NCBI GenBank assembly: GCA_951406725.2
Contig: OX597818.1
Location: 105,276,001-105,340,000 of the forward strand
Length of the DNA: 64,000 bases
Direction: 5' to 3'
From: Octopus vulgaris
Lineage: Eukaryota
Of this stretch, positions 13,580 to 26,179 are shown in pieces. A model generated the notes under the pieces. That model did no database searches. It was given only the letters and a program-made list of their open reading frames with translations, and had not been told where the DNA came from. How positions within the stretch are numbered: the stretch's first letter is position 1; each line of letters opens with the position of its first letter. A program made the translations under genes and the position numbers.

Positions 13580-15589
13580 ATAAAAAGATAAAAATAAAAT
13601 AATAGTCTTAAATGCTTAAAGATTACAACTATCGAAATCAGGAAATTCAGGCTTAACTAACTTGGAAGTATCAGGCCTGAAGTAGAGAGTTTGTTTTAAG
13701 AAGAGATAAGTACTGTACATAAAGACAATATTTTAGCAAAGGAAGAATGTGATGCATAGAGAGCAACAACACATATACAAGTCTAAATAACAAACAAAGC
13801 AGGTGGAAATACACAAGAATAAAACAATGAAAGATGTAAACAAACAAATCTACCAGTTAAATCAGTGATGCTAACAAACTGATCAAAGTACTCAATGTTA
13901 AACAACATGAAAACAGGTCAGCACTTATATACTTCTGTAATGGCACAGAAAATCACTGTGACATACACAAATCATCAGCATTTTAATGTATACTCTTTCA
14001 TAAATCAGACAGAAATATATTGGGGTAGAGTTGGCTGGAGGTTCTCCCTGTCACCAACCACCACTGGTTTCCAAGCAAAGTAATAATCTCAGTCTATTGA
14101 ACAACACCATGTGTATTGGCCTTTTGTTTACAAAGATCATGCAATGTGTCAAGAAGCCTAGACATGCCTTCACTGTGGACTGCAACTGAGACTGGTAGCA
14201 AAGCCATTGTTTACAACCAATGAGCAAACAAATGAAGACGCATACACTCACATTCTAAACATATCAAAATTGTGATATTTGACTGACAACTGATGAGGTG
14301 TTGAGCATGTCTGCATCCATTGTTTTGTTGTTTCCCTTGTACCACATTATTACTATTATATATCATGCTTTCTCGGTATCATCTCTTCCAGTACACTCCT
14401 TCATGTTGCCAATGGCAGCCCTCCCCCATTATAACTGTTCATCACCCACCATTTCCACCCTCATATATGCGCATTTCTCTCTCTCACACTTCATGTCTTC
14501 TTCACTGCTACCGGTTACCTCTTAAACCCACACCTACTTCCTCCAGCTTTCCTTCCAAATGATATTCACAAATGAGCATGCTTTTACCGCTCATTGCATT
14601 CCTCTCTATCCCCATATCTGTCCATCTGCCACTCACTTCACACACTATCATGAACTTACTCACCCATACCACTAGGTATGCCCTGACACATCTTCACCAC
14701 CATCCTCTTTCTTTTCCAACTGGAGCAACCATGTATCTCCCCTACAGCAAGACACCTGCTTCATGTCCCTCAATTATACTTTAACTTCTTACCCCCTGGC
14801 ATAAAGCTACCTTCCGCAATACTGCTCCTTCATTTAGTTAAGGTGTCTTGTGAGTTACTTGATGACCTTACTAATGCTTGGTGCTATTTAAAAACCACCA
14901 AATACACTCTGTAAAGTGGTTGGCATCCAGCCATAGAAACCATAACAAAGTAGACCCTGGAATTGGGTGCAATCCCCTGTTGACTAGCTCCTGCCAAACT
15001 GTCCAACCCATGCCAGCATGAAAAACAAATGCTAAATGACGATAATTTAATATATTATATATATATGCACACACACATACATACATATAACAGGCTTTTT
15101 TCAGTTTCCATCTATTAAATCCACTTGCAAGGCTTTGATTGGCCTGAGGCTATAGTAGAAGACAGTTGCTCAATGCTTCATGCAATGGGACTGGCCCTGA
15201 AACCACATGGTTGGGAAGCAAACTTTTTTAACCACAGAATTATACTGTTCCTGCATAAATGTACACAGATGCACACAAATGTAAAGAGACGTGTGTGTGT
15301 GTGTACATGCATATATATATATAGATACAACAAATCAATGAACATGTGCCTGTATGTGTGTGTATGTATATATATATACATATATATACACAGAGATTAT
15401 TCAGATAGCTATATGTATGAATATATACACAAACAAAATATAAAAACATACATATACATATATATATATATATACTCAAAGTAACAGGATTTGTTGAATT
15501 TTCTGCTGCTTTAAATAAAGCATATTACTCTATCACTGGTATTTGAGTACTCTTTCTTCCACCTTGTTTCATATTTATGTGTTTACTCT

Positions 15590-15626
<37 letters not shown>

Positions 15627-15964
15627 CCACACATACACTGTCACAAGAATACATTTAAACAGGCCATATCCAGCCCATATTTTCTATCTGTTTTATATTC
15701 AAACTGGCCAGACCTAGCCTCCACCTACCTTAAAATGCCATTCTATAAATAAACAATCACATCATCATCTCAAAGCAATGAAATAATATATGATTAATTC
15801 AAAATAACGTGAATAAATATTACATTTGACAGAATAACCTGAAAAGTTAATCAGATTCAGAATCACACATGCAGTAATTTTAAACATAAACACAGACGTG
15901 TGGACATAATATTATTTCACAAACGAAATACTTCAATATAAAGTTTTCCTACAATTTTTTTTCA

Positions 15965-16300
15965 ATAGGTATGGCTGTGTTTTAAGGAGTTTGCTTTCCA
16001 ACCACATGGTTCTAGGTTTAGTCCCACTGTGTAGCACCTTGGGCAAGTGTCTTGTTAGTGGATTTAGTAGATGGAAACTGAAAGAAGGCCATTGTATATG
16101 TTTCTGTTTGTTCCCCACTACAACTTGACAACTGGTAACGGTTTGTTTACATCTGCATAACTTAGTGATTCAGGCAAAAGAAACCAATAGGATAAGTACC
16201 AAATTAAAAAAAAAAAAGTATAGGGGTCGACTTCTTTGGCTAAATCCTTCAAAGCAGTGGCCCCGCATGGCCATAGTCCAATGACAGAAACAAATAAAAG
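15965..16300 (+). mobile_element. tRNA-derived SINE (family B)
   Basis: GGCTGTG..TAAG..GTTTGCTTTCCAACCACATGG..GTCCCACTG..CACCTTGGGCAAGTG head and AATAAAAG tail. Related copies lie near 15090-15240(-), 30212(+), 36320-36460(-), 39916(+), 43350-43556(-) and 62650(+). Confidence 0.75.
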
Positions 16301-18275
16301 CTAGTCATTTAGTATCATTAATTCCCTATAACTTATCTAACATATTTTTTACCTTATCGAATCTAAGTACTTTTTGACATTTTTACTATTTTTTTCTCAT
16401 CAAATTTTAGCAGAATTTTAATCACTTTTGCTACCCTGATTTAAAACATTTGGTCAAAAAACGTTTTAGCAACAAATTTCTAGAGTTGCATTCTTTAAGT
16501 TGATTTATCTCATTATGTATTCAATCAGGTTGAAGTCTCTCTTTTGCTTTGACTCATGTATTTCATGATAAACATTAAACAGTGAATCTACTTCTTAATG
16601 TGAACTAAAACAGGCATAATTTTAAATTAAGCCACTCCTTTCAACAGAAGGTATCACCACCACTTCAACCTTACACTTGATTTCTTCATGCCTTTCTTCT
16701 AAACTATTTCTTCAACTCAGACAGATTTTTTTTCTCAGTTTTGAAGGAATCAGAATGATCAAAATAAATTTGTAAATCCATAAAAATGATCACTATATTT
16801 GTAAACCTGTAAAAATGATCAAAACAAATTCTTATACCTATGAACTGATGTAGTCATATATACATACACACACACGTGTGTGTGTGTTATCACTAGAAAG
16901 CACCAAAATAGAGGACAGGGAGGGAAAAATAGAGATTTTAAATCAGTTCCAATAAATTAAATTAATACTTTGACAGAGCGTGCAAATTGTGAGATTTGAA
17001 GTGAGGGTGTATGAATGTTCATTTCAGGCTAAATTTTCTTTTATGATTTGAGCTTGAGTCTTTGATAACGATTGGTGTGCCTGCTTGACAATAATAGTGA
17101 TGCTGCCCAATTTTACTAATCTATCTCCTAAGTGTGACCAGATTGAAGTTTGGGGGCTTGAACCAGCCATTTGTAAACCAATTTTTATCTCATCCTCTCT
17201 TTTATTTCATAATCTGTTTTTCATTTACAATTGACTAATCATGATACAATAATCAAATGCATTTTTAATTTGTAGTTAGTTTAATGCTAGTTTTTTTCTT
17301 TTTAAGAAATAAAAATAGAACAAATAAATAAAGGAGAGACATAGTCTATTTCCTGTATTTGAATATGAAATATTGTTTTTGTTGCTATTTTATTTTTACC
17401 CACCTATTCAGCGTTATCACCAGATAACAAATGATGCTGGTGTCCAGCAATGCCAATTTAAAAACCCATTTCACCATGTCAAATCCATGGATTATACATA
17501 TCAAAATTTAGAGCTAACCCTATGAACATCCAGAGCAGTTATCAGCAACATAAATCTCCTCAAGATGAAATCTTGTTTCCATTATATATAAACACACACA
17601 TACATTTGTGTATATGTATACTTATGCATGTGAACATGCATGCATGTGTATATATATATATATATATACTAAAACACCTCCTTTGAACCACTGATAATAG
17701 ATTATGCATTTAGAATAATGTTTTATACAGGGGGGTTATGGATTGAAAGGATAAATTCAGCTTGAATTTTTCTGTAAAATTACAGATAGAAAAACAAAAC
17801 ACTTATCACAAACACAGCTAGTTATCCAGTAATTCATAATATAAGGATATCACTTGAAACTCTCAGTAGAAAACCAAGAAAAAAAAAAGAGAGAGAAACA
17901 AACAGAGAAAATATCAAGATATTATGGACTAGCACCCTTACAACCATGGCAGAATTATTTCACGTGTCCAACACCTTCAACCAAATGATTAACTTCTCAC
18001 TCTTTGTTGGAGGACCAGGTTTTCAAACATAATTACTCTGAGTGAAAACTCATTTTGGCAGAGAATTTTTGTGTAAAAGACTGAAACTGTGATATGCAGT
18101 TACCTACAGGTTACCAGATTCTTTAAAAAAATTGTTTTCAAGATAAAAATTAAATGCAAGGAAAAAAAATGTCTCTGAAATAGAAATATATATGTATATA
18201 TATATTATATATATGTTTATATTAGCATCTCTTCTATAGCCAATTGGAAAGACTAGTAAGTATCAAGTTTACTTG

Positions 18276-20256
18276 TTACAAAAGTATACTGTACATTGGC
18301 TTACTTTCAGTATTCACTTGTGGGATACCATTCACAACAGCTGCAGCTGGTGCTGCTACTGCTGCTGCTCCCACATCCCTGCCTTGATCAGAAACTTCAA
18401 TAACCTCTCCATTGTCACAGTTCACAGCAGCCACTACAACAGCTGGTTCAATGTGATTGTTTTCATTTGGGATTTCTAAATTGGGAACAGGTTCAAGACC
18501 AGCGTCCTGCTCCTGCTTGTTAAGGACTTTTGATTCAGCCCCTGCAATTTCAATAATGTCTACAGTGGCAGGGATCAAAAGGGGCTCCAGTGCAACTGGG
18601 ACCTCTTCAACAGAGTTTGTTCGAGTGTTATGTCTTGAAGGTGACAACAATGGAGGGGGTAGTGTAGGTGAAGGAGTATGTCTAAATGGAACGTCTTTGC
18701 TCCTGATAATATCAGTGTTCACATATTTTGATGCAGAAGAACTAAACAATTCAGGTGAATTTGTATTCTCTTGTAACTGGATGGTGTTTTTGGCCACAAT
18801 AGCTGTTTGTAATGAGCCCAAGGAAGTTCTACTGCTTGGTAACATTCCTTGAGCAACAGTTGATAATGAGGAGGTTCCTGATGCAAGGCTACTTGAACTA
18901 CAAGATTTATTCACAGTCAATGGAGAAATTCTTGCCATTGGCACAACCACAGTGTTGGCCTCAGAGATGTTCATGTAGGCTTGTTCACTTGACACCAGTT
19001 TTCTAGTAACATCAGCAGCAAGAGTAAAGTTAGGTCTTTCTGTTAACTCTCTGCCAGCACAAGACATTGAACTTCCAGACGACATCAAAGAAGAAGGTGT
19101 TGAACAAGATGACGAGATTTCATTGCTGTATAATGGTTCACTATCATCATGGTCATCACTGTCATTATGCTCCACACTTTTCCTTGTGCCATTTGACCAG
19201 CTGGTAGTTGTTGATACATGGGGTGTAGAAACAGTTGGTACAGCACTTGTACCATTAGTGGTTTGTGAAGAATCCTGGAGTGAAGCACGTTTCTTTTGTG
19301 GTGACTTCTCAAATAGTCTTGGAACATAACGTACTTCAGCAGCAGCACTGGAGGATACAATAAAAGCAGAACCTTCACGATCATGATCAGAATTGGCTCG
19401 AATTTTTAGAATCTCTTCAGGCGCTACATGAATCTCATCTCTTGGGTTAACACTTTTATTTGTACTCACTCCAATCGAATGAACTCCGGTAGATGATGTT
19501 CCTGATTTACGATTGGGTGATGGTGAGGCTTTTTTCATGTCATGCATACGCATTAGGTTGCTAGACTGAGATGGTGGACACTGAAAAATGGAAGCAGGGG
19601 AAAACTCAGCAACAATTTTCTGCTGTGAATGTTCATGTGTGTCCCAATCTCGTACAGAAGATGGCATTTTTTGTTGCAAAGCAGCACGTTTCTTACTATC
19701 TGACCAACGGAAGTGGTGCAGTCTATCAGCTTGAGTTGAATTGGATTTGCGCTGTGATCTGTCTGAGCTGTAACGGATCACTCCGGATTTTCCACATTCA
19801 AGTCTAGCTTTTGGACGACACACCAACAGAGGGTCTTTAGATTTGTCTTCTTTTGACCTGGAAGACCTTCCTTCAGACTTATGAACAAGACACTCAGTGT
19901 GTTTACTACGTGAATGACCGTCCCTCAGGTGTTTCTCTGAATTCTCCATCATAGAGAGCTTTTCTGCAGCTTTCATACTCGCAGCTAGAGGATCAAACTC
20001 TTTAGCTGGAAGGATTATTTCTCTTTTGTTCCGGTTATAATGCTTAGAGCGATTGCCAGAAGATAGTGTCTCTTTTGATAATGGCACCAACTTGACTCCA
20101 CTGCAATCTGAATGGGAGCTTACTTGGTTCTGAGAGGAAGTGCCAATCATGTCTTGGCATTCACTTACTAAATTTTTGTCTGTAACCCTGTGTGAAACTT
20201 TTGTAGGCTCACATTTAGCAGACAGTGAAGTTGAAATAGTTTGTTTTTGTGAACGT

Positions 20257-20290
<34 letters not shown>

Positions 20291-22067
20291 GATCTGTATG
20301 GTGGGATGAATGAGATGATTTGCTAGGGCGTGTAGGTGAATGCAGTCGGGGAGGGAGAAATGGCAAATTGGGTGACACAGTAGTCGATGTTTCATGAGTG
20401 GATTGATTCTTATTTTTATCACCACTGCAATTTTCGTAAGAGTCTTTAACGATTATATACTCTCTATCTCCAGCACGGAGAGCTTCATTTGAGTTTTGCA
20501 GTTGGCTTTTTGGTCGGGAACTACTAGTCGCTTCAGGAGATTTCAGTTGGTAGTGAGCCCTGTTTATAACAACTCCAGAAAAATCATGGAAAGTAACTCC
20601 CTGTGGATTTGTTTTGCTAGAAGAAACGAGAGAAGATTTTGAATGCTGATTACCATCCTGAGTAGTTGCTTCCGAAGCAACAGCATACATTGACTGACTA
20701 TTTGTGTTCCTCAAATTTAAAGATTTGGAAATATGACAATCAGATGCCGGTCTGGCTGGAATTGATCTAGAATTCTCTCCACATACATTTTGCTTATAAT
20801 GTTTTGAAAGTTGAACATCACTCTTATTATTTCCAGATGAGCTGGAAAGTGGAGGGAGGCTGATACTTGATACAGTAGCTAGTCTGATGGGTGATGAATT
20901 AACAGTTTTTACAGTTGTTGTAGTAGTGTGTGACGTTCCAACCCCACTAGAAATCGGATGTGGATCACCATTTACTACTGGACAATTGACATACCGCTCT
21001 TGTTGAATATCACCATCATTGACTACTACTTCCCCATCACTTGTATCAGTGAGTTCCTGTATAACTTCTTCGTAAGGAGGAAGTTCATCCTCACCAAACA
21101 CATTAGGAGTCAAATCATCATACTGTGGAGGGAAGTCAGTGGATGCAGCAGGCATCAGCTCTACAGCAGCTATGTAAGAATTCTGAGAGTGGTCACTATA
21201 TGTTGAAGATGGTGTACCATTATCATTATCGGTTATCCTCCGTGGTAAATCAATGTGCTCACTACGCCGTGTATTATCTTGGCATGGCTGATCATGTCTT
21301 AAATGATCTGATGATAAAAATCTATTTGTCTCATTAGAGTGACGGCTGTTTGAGGTGGCATTGTTGTTATTTCCAGTTTGAGTATGGCGTGGTGAATGAA
21401 AGCGTGCATTATGGGAACTTGTTGATGCCAAAGGTTCACTTTCTCTAAGTGGTGTATGAATTGATGCTGTCTCCCTGGGTGTATTCGACCTACTGAAAGT
21501 TCGTTCTCGAAGAGGAGTACGGGAAGTAGATGCATTATTTATACGGCTTTCGCTAGATGTACACATCAGATTGTCATTTTCTCGTGAACTCTGGTTTGAT
21601 GAGCAATTATTGGCTTTTTGAAAAAACAAATACTTGATACAGACCCCAACAGAGGTCAGTGAACTAATAAAACCAAAAATTGCTAAACACAGGGAGAAAA
21701 TATGAATTATGCTAGTTGATTCTTTGGGATATTTCTTATACACGAAGCTATGTTTGTAAAAATTGCTGTTAAAATCTAATCCTCCAGCAGATAACACAAG
21801 CATGACTGCAGACAAACAAGTTGAGATGACTGAGGTGATCAGATATGTTTTGATGGCACAAGGTCTTCGCAATTGCCCAGCTACTACACCACTTAGTCCT
21901 GACAAAAACATTGAAATGCCACACCATAAACCAGTGCCAAGATAATGGCCCCAGATTTTCTCACTGAAAGCTATTACTGCTATGATTATACTAGCAATGC
22001 CAAATATAGAAAGAATGACACCAAGCACAAATGCAGCTTTTTGCGGAAAGTCAATCCTTAATCTCAT
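18276..22067 (-). CDS. 1263-aa four-pass membrane protein, CD20/MS4A-like N-terminal domain plus long Ser/His-rich disordered tail with PY motifs (FAM189/ENTREP-like architecture)
   Basis: A 3.8-kb stop-free ORF in AT-rich DNA, with an AAAA-ATG start context and no TE motifs. Four hydrophobic helices lie in aa ~11-149, including GTGLWCG..F.SG (CD20-family TM2 pattern). PPQY and LPPYEEV motifs, a His run and a C-terminal YSILL are present. The family assignment is by motif recognition only. Confidence 0.88.
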
Positions 22068-22733
22068 TTTTTTTCAATACTTTTGTGTTGTTGTTGTGAA
22101 AGAAATATGGAAAAATGTAATGAATAAACCTCTTTGAATATTGCTTTTCAAAGCATTAGAAGAAAATTCAATCAGTTATACTGAAGTGGTTCTACATTTC
22201 CATTATTTAGATTCTTATGTTTTCTTTTAGTTTCTTCAAGTTAAAACACATATTATACAAAGAATTCTTCTCTCCTTAAAATGATCCATTTGTCCATTAA
22301 TGTGTCAGTAAAATTCTAAGATATATTTAAAAAATGTTTTCATACCAGATACTACCTACAATTTACAGTAGTATATTGAATCAAACAAGCAAAAATAATA
22401 AACAGAATAGAAAAAAATTAATAAAAATGAGCACCTGGAGGCATAAAATGCTAAGGTAAAAATTAAGAAATACCAATGTTTTAAAAATACCAATCAACTG
22501 CTGTAGCCATTTTTTCTTGTATATGTAATTTGGTAGTTAGTATATCTTTCGAATTTGTTCTTAGACATCAGCATGGCTTAAAGCGATTGCTTAATTAGCA
22601 ATTGCAATAACAAAGTATGTAATTAAAACAAATATGACCGATGTGGTTGACCTCTGGATCCACCTGGCAGCAGTTTGTTGACAAATACAATAGATCTAAC
22701 ATTGCTAATTTATATACATACATACACACATTA

Positions 22734-22791
<58 letters not shown>

Positions 22792-23299
22792 CAAGATGCC
22801 AATGTTTATTTAAAATTTTTTTACTGTTATTTTTCCTTAATTATTTTTGATTGGTTGCTGATGTATGAATTAAAATAAATGTATGTAAATCAAAGAGGTT
22901 CAAAAGGTAATTTAGTGACAGAATACTTTCGAAATGTCATTGGTTATGTTACAAAACTATTTAGATAATTGATAATAGAGATAATGCGGAGTAATGTGTG
23001 AAAACGATATTCAATATACAAAATGCCGTTTCAACATAAAACGACATTCAACTTATTACAGCAGAATAGGGGAGAATCACTTTATTCCATACTGTAATAA
23101 AGGCTACTGTCTGGTTAATAATATCTATTTCTATTGATGCTTATTGCTCTCTAGTTTTCTTCTTTTTTCTTCTTCTTCTTTACTTGTCTTTAAATTATGC
23201 TGATATCAACAATATTTCAGACATAAGACCGAATTCTAAATTTGCTAAAACATGGTATACTAAGTTTCAGTTTAAAAACTATTTTGCAAAAATAAATTG

Positions 23300-24350
23300 T
23301 AAACATTGGCATAATTTTTCAGAACCGCGGTGAAACATCATTATTGAAGTCATCATCGGTTCGGCAAAACGGAGGGGGAGCAATGTGAAAAATTTAAGGT
23401 TGAAATAAACGAAGAACGTCGTAGATATTATTTTCAAAAGTGATCCCCTGGTTTCCAGTCAGAAAGCACATAGTAAAATAGAGGTAAGCATCCAATGATA
23501 ATAATAGTGCCAAAACTTGACGTAACCAGTAACCGCGGTAAGTCACACATATTTTGGTATGTCCGGGAGGAGTGATGGAATTTCAGAGTTCCGTTGTCTG
23601 CTGGCCAGCTTCCCAAGGAAGTGTGGAAGCAGTGATGACAGTATAGGTGGAGAAAGGCAGTACTAAGAACAACTGCAACACAATATACAGAGAAGGATAT
23701 AGAAAAAAGAGAAGAGAATGTGTTTGTGTGTGTGAAGAAAAGAAATAGAGAAAAGTGGATGGATATTTTTACCCTTCTTCAAATGTGAGGAAATTCACGG
23801 GTACTACCTCCTTGTATTTGATGCTTGCAACACACCCTCCCCAATCAACGACATAGGGAATTTCCAGTAAGTAAGCGTGCAGAGTGTGTGCTGAGCCATT
23901 GTCATACGCAATTAGAAGCTTTGTAATCGTGATTAACTACAGCGGCGACGATTCGCTTGAGTGAGAGTGTTCCGAAGTGGCTATAAAGAGAGCAACAGGA
24001 GTTCAATTGGGCGACTACGACGGCCCGCAGCACAATCAGGCGCCATCTTGGTTGTCTCCAGCAGTACTGTCTGACCTGACCTCGCAACAGACGGAGTGGG
24101 AGGTAAAAAAAGGAAGTTTGGGAAACAGAATTGGTGGGAGGCACTACAAGCAAGCAGGCAGGCAGAGGCAAGGCAACGGCAAGGAAAAGAGAGAGAGAGA
24201 GATGATCAGCAAGCACTGTTATGTTATTTTCTCTGAATTTTTGGATTTTTTTCACCTTTTTACATTTTTTTTCCTTCCCTCAGCCAACGAACTGACTGCA
24301 GGGGTGGGTAGTAAAGAATGTCAGATACAATGGCAGAGGAAGAAGAATTA
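23300..24350 (-). promoter_or_regulatory. Putative promoter / 5' leader of the 1263-aa gene
   Basis: Unique, locally CpG-enriched, TE-free sequence upstream of the ORF. A YY1-like motif CCAAGATGGCGCC lies on the minus strand at 24039-24051. Confidence 0.55.
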
Positions 24351-25419
24351 ATATTCACATGTTCAACTGACTACTACAGACAATAAAGCGAGAAAGCGTA
24401 TAAAGAGAGAAAGATAACTACAGTAGACAAATTGCTATGTACGTTTTCGCTAAAATGTGGAACTTCAGTGTTTTGCCTCTAAGACAGTGCTGGTGGGAGG
24501 GGGCTAGGAATAACGGAACGAAATAACCAACAGTTAATTATTTCTCGGGAATGGAATTTGGGTAGGTAATATTAAAAAAAGACAACATTGATTAAAAGAT
24601 GAAACGAAGATTTCAAGAAGCTACATTCCCTTTAATATATCTCTTATTTTATATATGTGTGTGTTTACACGCATATAGACGCATGTGTACACACACACAT
24701 ACAGGCATGGTTACATGGTTATGAGGTTCGCTTTTCAACCACGTGGGCTGTCTCACTGTGTGGTACTTAGACATGTGTCTTCTACAGTAACCTTGCGCCG
24801 ACCAACGACCAATGAATATGGTAGACCGAAAGAATACGGAAGCCTATCGTGTGTGTGTGTGTTAAGTCATGTGGCCTAGTGGTTAGGGTGTCGGTCTCAC
24901 GATCATAAGGTTGTGGGTCTAATTTCTAATCCGGTCAGAGCGTTCTATTCTTGATCAAAGCACTTTATTTCCCTTTGATTCAGTTATAATGACTACAAGT
25001 GGTTGTTTGTGCAGTCTCTCTCTTTCCAGCTGTCATATCCTGAATATTCCACTGAGTAAAGGGCGATAGAGTTGAGAGGATGTTTGTGTCTGCTGGTGAT
25101 TTAAGCACCTAGACCAATTTGCAAAATCGTAGCACATATTACAAAGCCATACTTACTCACAAGAGATGGCTGGTTAAACGTGTATATATGTGTTTCTGTG
25201 TATGTGTGTGAATGTTGAAATTCTGCACTTTGCATGAAAAAAAAAAATGCTGAGCTACAAGAGGTGATGTTTGACATTCTCTGTCAACTAATGATCTGTC
25301 AGCACTTTTGAAGATAAGTGGAATGAAAAATCTCACACTTAGAAAGAAGTAAGGACTAATGGGTGACAAGAAGGGCATCCAGCTGTAAAACAATACCTCA
25401 ATATTATGTATTAATGTAA

Positions 25420-25870
25420 GGTGGCAAGCTGGCAGAATTGTTAGCATACCAGGCAAAATGCTTAGTGGCATTCCATTTGTCTTTATATTCTGAGTTCAAA
25501 TTCCACCAAAGTTAACTTTGCTTTTCATCTTTTTGGGGTCAATAAAATAAGTACTAGTTGAACACTGGGGTCAATGTAATCAACTTAACCCCTCTCCCAG
25601 ATTTGCTGGCCTTGTGCCAAAACTTGAAAGCAATATGATGTATTCATGTAAGGTTGAAAGCTGGCAGAATTGTTAGTATGCTGGGCAAAATGCTTAGTGG
25701 TATTCTGTTTGATTCTACATTCTGAGCTCAAAGCCCACTGAGGTCAACTTTGCCTTTTATCTTTTTGGGGTCAATAAAATAAGTATCAGTTGAACACTGG
25801 GATTGATGTAATCATCTTCATCCCTCCCCCAAAATTGATGGTTTTTGTGCCAAAATTTAAAACCAGTATT
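25420..25870 (+). mobile_element. Two tandem family-A SINE copies
   Basis: Two copies of AGCTGGCAGAATTGTTAG...CAAAATGCTTAGTGG...TTCTGAG.TCAAA...GGGGTCAATAAAATAAGTA. Confidence 0.85.
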
Positions 25871-26179
25871 ATGTATTCATGTAACCCATGCCAGGGCCAT
25901 CTTAACAACATTATAGGCTCCTGAGTAATTGATTCACTGGGCCCTTATTTATTGACAACAAATCCAACATAGATTAGAATTGGACCCCTTGACCTGTGAG
26001 GCCCTTTGGCAACTGTCCAATGTGCCCAAGCCTTAACCCTTTTGTTACCATGTTTATGTTGAAATATGATGCCTTTGTTTCAATTAAGTTTGAAAATAAT
26101 GAAGAATTTAGTAAAATAATTTTGTCATTATTAAGCTTGTGCTTGGAACACAAATTAGCATGAAATTTTGATGGAAGTA

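Noticed and set aside
18457-21945. Plus-strand ORFs overlapping the main gene
   Set aside because: They are short antisense shadows of the long ORF with no independent motifs.
23902-24351. 117-aa and 124-aa ORFs in the CpG-rich region
   Set aside because: Non-ATG starts and low-complexity ends. Better explained by the higher GC of a promoter or leader.
24870-24960. tRNA gene (also 46225 and 61708)
   Set aside because: Only A/B-box-like heads without a full cloverleaf, followed by SINE body sequence.
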